Assembly: GCA_963810095.1 (NCBI GenBank)
Contig: CAWEMM010000006.1
Location: 1,248,001-1,312,000, forward strand
Direction: 5' to 3'
Source of the DNA: an uncultured Chloroflexia bacterium
GTDB taxonomy: Bacteria; Chloroflexota; Anaerolineae; CG2-30-64-16
DNA length: 64,000 bases
Part shown: one piece after another, positions 55,458-64,000 of the stretch
How the letters are laid out: every line of letters begins with the position of its first letter
Numbering within the stretch: the first letter of the stretch is position 1
Position numbers and translations under genes: made by a program
Notes under the pieces: model-generated
Databases searched by the model: none
What the model was told of the DNA's origin: nothing
Seen by the model: only the letters and a program-made list of their open reading frames with translations

Positions 55458-57393
55458 CTAAACCTTTGAAAATACGTCCCAGGTCAACGGCACGCCCGCG
55501 GCCGGCAGGGCCATCATACGCTCGTCGATCAACTCGCAGATGAGATGCAGCGCCACAATGTGCACTTCCTGGATGCGCGGGGTGTTCGAGCTTGGCGCAA
55601 CGATCGAGATGTCGCTCAACTCGAGCAGCTCCCCGCCGTTGCCGCCCGTCAGGCTGATACACGTCAGCCCCTGCCGCCGCGCCGCGTCGAATGCTTCGAT
55701 GACATTCCGCGAGCGCCCGCTCGTGCTGATACCGATCAGGACGTCGCCCGGCCGGCCCAGCGCCTGCACCTGCCGCGCAAACACCTTCTCGAACGACACG
55801 TCATTGCCCCACGCCGTGACCACGGCGCTGTCAGCAGTCAGTGAAATGGCAGGCAGGCCCGGACGGTCGTGGTATTTGAAGCGCCCGACGAGCTCGCCCA
55901 CCAGATGCTGCGCATCCGCCGCGCTGCCGCCGTTCCCGCACACCAGCACCTTGCCCCCCGACTCGAACGCATTCGTGATGGCCTGTGCGGCTTCCACGAC
56001 GGTGTTCCGCAGCAGCTTGCCCGCCTGCAGCATCACCTCGCTCGCGGTCGCAAACGCCTCGTCGACGAGCGCATAGTGGTCGACCTCGTGTTGCAGGCCC
56101 GGCTGGCGCGAACCGTCGGCCCAGCGGCTGGACCACTGCTCGCTCAGCACCTGCTCGTACATCGCGGCCATGGCGCCGGCCACCCGCTGCCACGTGAACA
56201 GGTCGTTGGCCCGGCGGATCGCCTGCTGGCGCAAGACCGTCATCACCTTCGGGTGACGGAACATGAACGCGAGGCGCTCGGCCACCGCATCCGCATCCCG
56301 AGGCGGCACCAGGTAGCCCGACTCGCCGTCGCGCACCGAGAACTTGATCCCGCCCACGTTCGCGCCGATCACCGGGCGTGCCGGAAGCCATCGCCTCCAG
56401 CGGCGTAATTCCGAACGGCTCGTACCACGGCGTGCTGATGAACACATCCGCCGCAGCGTAGTAGTAGCGCAGCTCTTCCCGGCGCCGGGCGCCGGTGAAA
56501 ATGACGCGGTCGGCCACGCCCTCGCTCTCCGCGATCGCCATGAGCCGGCCTATCTCCGGCGTCACCTTCGGATCGGGGTCGCGCGACTCGCCGCCGACGA
56601 TGATCAGCTTCGCCCGGACGCCGTGCTCACGGACCAGCTTCGCAAAGCCCAGCAGCGCCGTGTCCACGCCCTTGCGCGGCACCATGCGGCCCAACTGCAG
56701 GACCACCCGCTCGTCCTTGGCCAGCTTCAAGCCCAGCTTTCGCCGCGCCCGGACCTTGTCCATCGGCCAGAACTCCGTGGGGTCAAACCCCGCCGGGACG
56801 ATCGTCAGCCGCTCGACGTCCGCGTCGTACAGCCGGATCAGGTCTTCCTCGTCCTGCGGGCACTCTGCCACGACCTGGTCGGCCTCATGCACGATCCGGT
56901 CTTCGATGCGGAACCGCTGGTCAGAGAAGCCATCGGCCTCACCCTGGTGCAGCCGCCGCACCTTGCCCAGCGCGTGGAAGGTGATCACGAAGGGGATGCC
57001 CGTCGCGCGCTTGATGTCCGCGGCCACCAGGCCCGACATGAAGAAGTGTGCGTGAATCAGGTCGTAGACGTGCGTCACGCCGCGGTCTTCTTGCCGGCGG
57101 AAGAACTGCAGCATCCATTCGCGGAATTCGTCCATCAGCGGCAGCATGTCTTCCTTGCGAACGAAGCTGGCCGGCCCCGCCTCCACGTGGATGATCCGCA
57201 CCCGGTCGATCCAGTTCACGATCTCCGGCAGGTCGCGGCGGTCGCGGCGGGTGAAGACGTCCACCTCGTAGCCCAACGCGGCCAGGTGCTTCGCCAACTG
57301 CGCCACGTATACGTTCTGCCCGCCCCCGTCGGTGCCGCCCAGGTTCCCCAAAGGCGAGGCATGCTCGCTGATAAATGCGATCCTTCGCGTCAT
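55458..57393 (-). CDS. gmhA: GT4 (MshA-like) glycosyltransferase fused to phosphoheptose isomerase GmhA (frameshift near 56378)
   Basis: SEHASP..GGQNVYV, IHAHFFMSG, GRMVPRKG, EPFGITPLEAMA; the GT4 C-terminus runs in frame into CGNGGSAADAQH, ISTSGRS, RIQEVH. Confidence 0.88.
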
Positions 57394-58484
57394 CGCTGAT
57401 ACTCCTTATATGCCGCGGGAGTGCTCGGGGAACCGGGTTTCGTCGAGAAAGCCGGTTCTTTTGCCCCTGCAGCCCCGGTGGCAACCCCGGCCCATGTCCG
57501 CCGGCCGGCCACAAACTCGAACGCGCTGCTCCAATCGCGCACGAATCGCTCGATGCCGAAACGCTCGCGCGCGATGTGCCGCGCTCCCTTGCTCAATTCG
57601 GCCGCCTCGCTCGGATCGTCGAGGAGCCGCTGCATGTGGTCTACCAGTGTGTCCACATTTGTGTCCACATAACCATTAATGCCGTTTCTCACGGCAGTCA
57701 CCATCTCGGTCGTCGCCAGCCCGATGATGGGCATTCCCAGCATCATGGCCTCGCACACCGCAAGCCCCAGGCTGGTGTAGCGGATCGGGTTGAAGAAGAA
57801 GCGATAGCGCGTCTCCATCTTCCACAGGTCCTGGAGCGGAATGGCCCCCAGCCCGCCGAGTTCGGCCGACTCCATGCCCGCCAGGTCCAGCGGAATCTGC
57901 TCGCGCACGTTCTCGAACACGTCCAGCCCCAGCCGGCGGCCGCGTTTCTTCAGCCCGTTGACCACCACCATGCCGCGCTCGAGCTCGCCGGTCCACCGCA
58001 GGTTGTCTGGAACGATCACGCCGTGGTCGATGACGATCGTCGGCGTGCGTCCTCCCGAGGGGAGGGTGTTGTCCCACATCAGGTTGTTGAAATGGGTCAC
58101 ATGGACGAGCAGCACGTTCGGGTCGTCGACGATGTGGCGGGTGTTGGTGGGCGCATCCTGGGGCGCATGCCGCGGCGGGTCGTGCTCCAGGTAAATCCGG
58201 GGCAGGTCGCGCTGTTCGTCCGAGAGGATCTCATACTGGTCCACCTCGTAGTTCTTGCGCGACTGGAAGAGGATCACGTCGAACTTCTGGTTCCTGACTT
58301 CCTCGGCAGGCACATCGAACATATTATCCGGCCAGGCGAAATCCCCGGCCCGGCCGCCATACCCCTCAGGTCGAGGCGCCCCGGCGGGCTGTCCTGGCTT
58401 TACGGGCAGATAGAACTCGTGCTGGCGGTTCTGCACCAGGTAGTACAGGTAGCTGCCGTGCACGTGCCACGTTAAAATCTTCAT
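57390..58484 (-). CDS. Glycosyltransferase family 4-like protein
   Basis: MKILTWHVHGSY, PIRYTSLGLAVCEAMMLGMP, NGINGY; ATGA overlap with the downstream gene. Confidence 0.82.
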   Translation of the reverse strand: MKILTWHVHGSYLYYLVQNRQHEFYLPVKPGQPAGAPRPEGYGGRAGDFAWPDNMFDVPAEEVRNQKFDVILFQSRKNYEVDQYEILSDEQRDLPRIYLEHDPPRHAPQDAPTNTRHIVDDPNVLLVHVTHFNNLMWDNTLPSGGRTPTIVIDHGVIVPDNLRWTGELERGMVVVNGLKKRGRRLGLDVFENVREQIPLDLAGMESAELGGLGAIPLQDLWKMETRYRFFFNPIRYTSLGLAVCEAMMLGMPIIGLATTEMVTAVRNGINGYVDTNVDTLVDHMQRLLDDPSEAAELSKGARHIARERFGIERFVRDWSSAFEFVAGRRTWAGVATGAAGAKEPAFSTKPGSPSTPAAYKEYQR

Positions 58485-58587
58485 CCATCACTCCTCACAC
58501 ATCCGATACAACACACTTGCCAACTCAACCGCAGGCGCTCCTCACCGAGCACCGGTCATTTCGTTTCGCTTCGCCCAACGCACATCG

Positions 58588-59737
58588 CTAAGTGGCGATC
58601 AGTGCCTCCCCGCGCATGGACCGCCCGCCGGGCCCGGCCCGCTCGAGCAGATCGAGTGCTGCGGCCACCACGCTGGCCGGCTCGAAATCCAGGCACTCCA
58701 TGTTATACGGACACTGAAACTGGAAGCACGGCGAGCACGCCGTCTCGCGGCGCAGCAGGGTGGCGGGCGCCGAGCGCGGGCGCCACTGGCTCTCCCACTC
58801 GGTGCCCGAGTACATGATCACCATCGGCCGGCCCAGCGCGTCGGCCATGTGCAGCGGTCCCGAGTTATTCGCGATGACCAGGGCGGCCCGGTCGATCACG
58901 GCCGCCAGTTCGGGCACGCCCGTGCGGCCCGCCAGCGAGACGAGCCGGCGCGCGCCCCCGGCGCTCAGCATCGGCGCGACCAGGTCCGCCTCGCGCTCGC
59001 TGCCCAGCAGCACCACGGTGAGCGGTTGGCCCGTGGCCGGGTGCCCGAGGCCCGCCAGGCTATGGGCAACCGCCCCGTACCGCGCCGGGTCATACCGCCG
59101 CGACGCCGCGCTGGCCCCGGGCGCCAGCGCCACGAACGCGTCGCCCGGCAGTCACCCCCACCGAAGCCAACAGGGCGCCGGCTCTCGCCTGCGCGTCGTG
59201 CGGGATGCGCACCTCGAGATCCGCGCCGGCCGGCTCAAAGCCCGCGCTCGCCAGCAGGTGCAGGTTGCGGTCCACCTGGTGCGCGTCGTCGGGCAGCGGC
59301 CGCACCCACTGGGTCACCACCCCGCCCGCAAACTCCTTGGATTGCGCGATGCGGAGCGGCACGCCCGCCAGGTAACAGGCGTACGCCGGCGGATAGGGTG
59401 ACTGGGTGAAGCTCGTGAAGATGATGGCGGCATCGAACCCGCCCGTGCGGATTTCGTCCACCAGCGCCAGTTCCCTCTCGGGATGCAAGCCCCAGGCGCC
59501 CGAAATGTCCTGCCAGAGCACCCGTTGCACCATGAGGTCATCCACCCACGGCAGGAGCGACGCGGCCTGGCTTCCGCCGGGGGTCGCCATGAGCGTGATG
59601 GATGCGCGGGGCAAGTTCGCCCGGATGGTCCGCAGGGCAGGGCCCAGCATGATCACGTCGCCGATGTTGTCCAGACGAACGACCAGGATTCGGCGGGCAT
59701 CCCGCCAGGCGGCCTCAAGGATGGGACGTGAGGACAC
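58588..59737 (-). CDS. Glycosyltransferase family 9 3 (frameshift near 59150)
   Basis: [37 protein letters not shown]. Confidence 0.88.
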
Positions 59738-60845
59738 GGGCTGCCGCCTCCACCTTCTGCACGCCGGGCGCGCTCGCCGCCGTCTTTCGCCTTGCCCCGC
59801 CGCCCTGCTTGGGTCGGCGCTCGATCAACGCGTAGGCCTCGCGCAAGATCGCATCCGGCCCGATCTCTTCCGCTGACGCGTGTTCGGCAGGCGCGCCAGC
59901 ACCCGACGACCCGGTGCAGCTCCCGGTCGAGCGGCGCCCAGCGCCGGGGATCCGAGGCGATAAAGACGATCACGCTTGGCACGCCCAGGGCCGCGGCCAG
60001 GTGCGAGACGCCGGTGTCGTTGCTGACCAGCAGGCTCGCACGGCTTAGACAGTGCAGCCATCGCGCCCAGGTTGGTCCGGCCGGCCAGGTTCACGCGCCC
60101 GGTAGCGCATGCGGCGTGCCACTTCCGCGGCGACCGGCGCCTCGTCAGGCGTGCCCGTGAGGACGACCGCGTACCCGTCGCGCGCCAGGTAGTCGGCCAC
60201 GGCGGCAAAGCCCTCGGGCGACCAGCGCCGAGCCGGCTCGGATGCGCCGGGGTGCAGCGCCACAAACGGGCGGTCGATCACCTCGCCCAGTTCCGGCACG
60301 GCCCGCATCGCCGCCCGGTCTGCGTCGAGCAGCGGGAACTCCAACTCCTCGCCCTGATCCGGCACGCCGAGATGCGCCAGCAAGCGCAGCCAGCGCCGCA
60401 CCTCGTGGTCCGACTCGTCGAGCGGCAGGAAACGGGCGGTGTCTGGGCAGTAGGCGCCAACGCCGTTGGCGGCGCGGGCAAAGTACCCCGCATTCGCCCG
60501 GGCCCCCAGCATGACGGTAAAGGGGTTCATCAGCGAACCGTTGCCGTGCATCTGGATCGCCAGGTCGAACCCCCGCGCTTGCGCATCGGCGAAAAAGCCC
60601 GGCAGGCGCGCCACGTCGACCGTCTCTTCGGGAATGCCGGGAAAACCGGGAAACGGCAGGATTTCGTCCACGTAGTGGCTGAAGCGCGATACGAGGGGCT
60701 GTGAGGCCGCCAGGGCCAGAAGGGTGATCTGGGACTGGGGTAAGTGCGCACGCAGCGCGCGCAAGGCGGGAACGACGCAGAGGAAATCGCCCAGTCCCTT
60801 CAACGCGCGCACGACTACAACTCGATCCAACTCCAACCCACTCAT
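59715..60845 (-). CDS. Glycosyltransferase family 9 4 (frameshifted, 3' end approximate)
   Basis: [39 protein letters not shown] in an alternate frame. Confidence 0.85.
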
Positions 60846-60923
60846 GTCTCACCCGTCAATACAAGATTCCGAGAAGGTCCAGGTCAACTCTTGTTCACGC
60901 AACTACCCTTCTCGTAGTGCTAT

Positions 60924-61026
60924 TTGTGCACTCTGACGAATGGTACAATTAAAATACTGGGAATTCATTAGGCGAGTGCACAAGTTGCATGATCGGCGCG
61001 AGTGCGCCGCTTGTGCAATTGCACAG
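60924..61026. promoter_or_regulatory. Repeated TTGTGCA boxes, candidate CdaR/PucR-family operators
   Basis: TTGTGCACTC (60924-60933), its inverse GAGTGCACAA (60974-60983) and palindrome TGTGCAATTGCACA (61012-61025) in an AT-rich gap upstream of the GT operon. Confidence 0.6.
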
Positions 61027-61042
61027 GGACGGGGAAGCTATC

Positions 61043-62278
61043 CTACAAAGTTGATTCGGAATTAAGGGAGCGAATAAGGAGCGCCAGCCGGATTTGGACC
61101 GCGTCGTCGAAACGGCGGGGATCGAGGCCGGTCAGCGCGGCGATCTTGTCGAGCCGGTAGCTGAGCGTGTTACGGTGAATCGCCAGGTCGCTTGCTGTGG
61201 CCGAGGGTGAGCAGTTGGCGGCGAAGAAGGTGGAAAGCGTGTGCAGCAGCTCGGGCTCGTGGTCCAGCGGACCGAGCAGGTACTGCGCCAGCTCATGCTT
61301 CGTGCGATCGTCCGAGATGCCGACGAAACCGGCCACGCCCATCTCGTCGAGGCAGTGCACCCGGTTATGTCCGCGGATGCGCCGGCCCAGGGTCAGCGCA
61401 GCCCGCGCGTCCCGGTAGGAGTGCCCCAGGCCGCGCAGGCCCGGGTGATAGCGGCCGATCGCAATGCTGACCGAGCCGCCCGTGTCGTTCCGCAGCCGCG
61501 CCAGCAGCGCATTTGCCGCCCGCTTCAGCGCCGCCAGGTTGGCCCACGACCCGTTGATGTCGTCGCCGGCGCCTTCGCCCGACACCCAGGGGGTCAGGTT
61601 CTTCGTGTTGGTGGCCTTGAGCACCGCCACTGTCCCTTCGCCGATGTACGCACAGATCGTCTCGTTGGACAGGTGGAAGAAACTGACGATGCTGCTGATG
61701 ATAAACTGCGCCTGCCGCTGCACCCGCGCCGCCTGCATCCCGCCCGAGTCGCCCTGTGGGTTGCCGGAGCCGCCGTTTCGTCCGTTCCCGTTGCCAAACA
61801 GGTAGTCGGACGCGTCGATCAGCACCACCGCCCGCGGCGGCGTGAGATCCATGCCCAGGAAGCGGGCCTGGGTCAGGATTTGCTCCTCGTCCTGGATGCG
61901 ACCGTGCAGCAGGTCGAAGATCAGCTTGTTCTTGACTTCGTGCTGGTTCGGCAGCCGGTCGATGACGGCCATCTCGTTGATAATCATCTCGACCAACGCC
62001 TGCGCGACCCTCGGCGAAACCGGCTCGACGTCCTCGGACTGGCCGACAACTACTTCGCCCGACTGGTCGCCCACCTTGAACGGCACCCGGAGGTACGCGC
62101 CCATGGCCTCGCCACTCAACTGCCCGGCCACCGCACGCGGCAAATCGGGCCCGCTCGTCGCCACGGTCCCGCCGCTCTCACTCATCACAAAAACCGGCGC
62201 ACGCAGAAGCTCCGAGACCTTTTCGGTCACAGATTCTGCCATGCGCCGGAACTGTCCGTCCACGTGCGTCCCTGCCAT
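61043..62278 (-). CDS. CdaR/PucR-family transcriptional regulator
   Basis: Central GGDEF-like region (SIAIGR...SYRDARAAL) and C-terminal HTH TASDLAIHRNTLSYRLDKI. Confidence 0.9.
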   Translation of the reverse strand: MAGTHVDGQFRRMAESVTEKVSELLRAPVFVMSESGGTVATSGPDLPRAVAGQLSGEAMGAYLRVPFKVGDQSGEVVVGQSEDVEPVSPRVAQALVEMIINEMAVIDRLPNQHEVKNKLIFDLLHGRIQDEEQILTQARFLGMDLTPPRAVVLIDASDYLFGNGNGRNGGSGNPQGDSGGMQAARVQRQAQFIISSIVSFFHLSNETICAYIGEGTVAVLKATNTKNLTPWVSGEGAGDDINGSWANLAALKRAANALLARLRNDTGGSVSIAIGRYHPGLRGLGHSYRDARAALTLGRRIRGHNRVHCLDEMGVAGFVGISDDRTKHELAQYLLGPLDHEPELLHTLSTFFAANCSPSATASDLAIHRNTLSYRLDKIAALTGLDPRRFDDAVQIRLALLIRSLNSESTL

Positions 62279-62428
62279 CTCGATACGACCTCAACCCACT
62301 GCCAATACACTTCACTTCCCGACTCTAAGGGTAGCCGCAAGAACAACCCACGTGCAGGTATCCCTCTTACAAAGACAGTTGCAGCTGGACGTTGGGCATA
62401 CAATCGCCGCGAGCGCCGGGCAGCCGCC

Positions 62429-64000
62429 TTACAACAACTCCACCGGATCGACGTCGATGCGCCAGCCGCGCCCGACACTTACCCGGCGAATCAGCGCCGC
62501 GGGGTCGGCCGACCGCACCACTACCTGCCACCGGTACTCGCCGCGCTGCCGGGCGAAGAAACACGGCGCGGGACCGATCAGGTCGACGTCGGTCAGGCCC
62601 TGCGCGGCGATCTCCCCGCGCAGGGCGTCGGCGGCCGCCTGGGCTTCGGCCTGCGCCTTCGCCCGCTGGGTATGATAGAACACCACCCGGGCCAGCCGGC
62701 GCAGCGGCGGGTACATCTGCTGGCGGCGAAAGCCCATCTCCTCGCGGTAGAAACCCTCGTAATCGTGATTGCTCGCCGCGACCACCGCGTAGTGATCGGG
62801 ATGGTAGGTCTGGACCACCACCTCGCCGCCCAGCGCACTGCGGCCCGCCCGGCCCGCCACCTGCGTCAGCAGCTGAAACGTCCGCTCGCTCGCCCGGAAA
62901 TCCGGCAGAAAGAGCCCGATGTCGGCTGCCACGACGCCGACGAGGGTCACCAGCGGCAGATCTAGCCCCTTGGCGATCATCTGCGTCCCGATCAGGATAT
63001 CGGCCTGATGCGCGACGAACTTGGCGAGGATCGCATCGTGGCTGCCCTTCGCACCCGTCACGTCCCGGTCCCAACGTAACGTCCGTGCCTTGGGGAACTC
63101 CAGCCTGACCGCCTCCTCGACCCGCTCCGTGCCTGCGCCGAAATAGCGAATGCGGTTGCTCCCGCATTTCGGGCAGAGCGCGGGAATCGGGTAGCGCCGG
63201 TTGCACTGGTGACACACCAGGTTCTCGTTAGCGGCGCTGGGCTGACTGGGGTCGCCGTGGTACGTGAGCGGCGCCGCGCACTTCGCGCAGACCGCGACAT
63301 AACCACAGTCGCGGCAGAGCACGCAGGTGGCCGAGCCGCGGCGGTTAAGGTAGAGCATCGCCTGCTGTCCCGCGTCCAGCACCTGCCGCAGGCCCTCCGA
63401 CAGCCGCCGGCTGAACATGCTCCGGTTTCCCACGCGCAACTCCTGGCGCATGTCCGTGACATGGACGATGGGCAGCTCGGACTTGATGCGCTGGGGCAAG
63501 GAGAGCAGGGTGATCTCATCCCCGCGCTTGGCCGCGTAATATGTCTCGAGGCTTGGCGTCGCGCTGCCCAGGATCACGGTGGCGGCGCACAGCCGGCCGA
63601 CCGCCATCGCGACCGCCCGAGCGTGGTAGCGCGGGGTCCGCTCCTGCTTGTACGAGGGCTCGTGCTCCTCGTCCACCACGACGACGCCGAGCTTGCCGTA
63701 GGGCAGGAAGAGCGCCGAACGCGACCCGACGACGACCTGCGCCGCACCGTGACTCGTGCGGACCCTGCGCCAGACGTCGAAACGCTCGCCTTCGCCCAAC
63801 TCGCTGTGCCACACCGTGACCTTGCCGGGAAAACGGGCCGCGAAGCGCCGGATCGTCTGGGGGGTCAGCGCGATTTCGGGCACGAGCACGACGGCCTGCT
63901 TGCCCTCGGCCAGGGCCCGCTCGATGGCGCGCAGGTAGATCTCGGTCTTACCGGAGCCGGTGACGCCATGGAGCAAGAACGGGCCGGCGGCCTCCTGCAT
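62429..64000 (-). CDS. priA: Primosomal protein N' (3' part, runs off the window)
   Basis: HGVTGSGKTEIY, LVPEIALTPQ, VDEEHE, GSATPS, LNRRG, four CxxC pairs, GTQMIAKG, QVAGRAGR. Confidence 0.96.
   Translation of the reverse strand: MQEAAGPFLLHGVTGSGKTEIYLRAIERALAEGKQAVVLVPEIALTPQTIRRFAARFPGKVTVWHSELGEGERFDVWRRVRTSHGAAQVVVGSRSALFLPYGKLGVVVVDEEHEPSYKQERTPRYHARAVAMAVGRLCAATVILGSATPSLETYYAAKRGDEITLLSLPQRIKSELPIVHVTDMRQELRVGNRSMFSRRLSEGLRQVLDAGQQAMLYLNRRGSATCVLCRDCGYVAVCAKCAAPLTYHGDPSQPSAANENLVCHQCNRRYPIPALCPKCGSNRIRYFGAGTERVEEAVRLEFPKARTLRWDRDVTGAKGSHDAILAKFVAHQADILIGTQMIAKGLDLPLVTLVGVVAADIGLFLPDFRASERTFQLLTQVAGRAGRSALGGEVVVQTYHPDHYAVVAASNHDYEGFYREEMGFRRQQMYPPLRRLARVVFYHTQRAKAQAEAQAAADALRGEIAAQGLTDVDLIGPAPCFFARQRGEYRWQVVVRSADPAALIRRVSVGRGWRIDVDPVELL

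Overview
High-GC bacterial DNA, probably Chloroflexota/Anaerolineae (inferred from a Thr-Pro tail, repeat types and gene content; not verified). Many genes carry single-base frameshifts typical of an unpolished long-read assembly, so CDS coordinates are reconstructed across frames. Left to right: (1) PFOR plus a dihydroorotate-dehydrogenase-like gene; (2) a YgeY-family hydrolase, then a ~3 kb gene-poor tract where an IS1182-family element sits inside one of two inverted copies of an AT-rich palindromic element; (3) a ~36 kb plus-strand cluster resembling the selenium-dependent anaerobic purine/urate catabolic locus, with 2 GntR, a nucleoside-type ABC importer, two xanthine-dehydrogenase-family enzymes, a second YgeY, a YgeW-like and an atypical PyrB-like carbamoyltransferase, carbamate kinase, two PLP enzymes, YgfK, SsnA and a YqeC-MocA fusion, interspersed with unrelated genes (VanZ, a TumE/TumA-like pair, hydrolases, a 64-aa ORF); (4) a ~12 kb minus-strand ADP-heptose operon (HldE, GmhB, GT4-GmhA fusion, four GT9s, GT2, GT4, SDR) next to a CdaR-family regulator with candidate operators; (5) the 3' part of priA. 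About 12 imperfect palindromes with 8-9 nt periodic arms fill intergenic gaps, and two lie inside reading frames.
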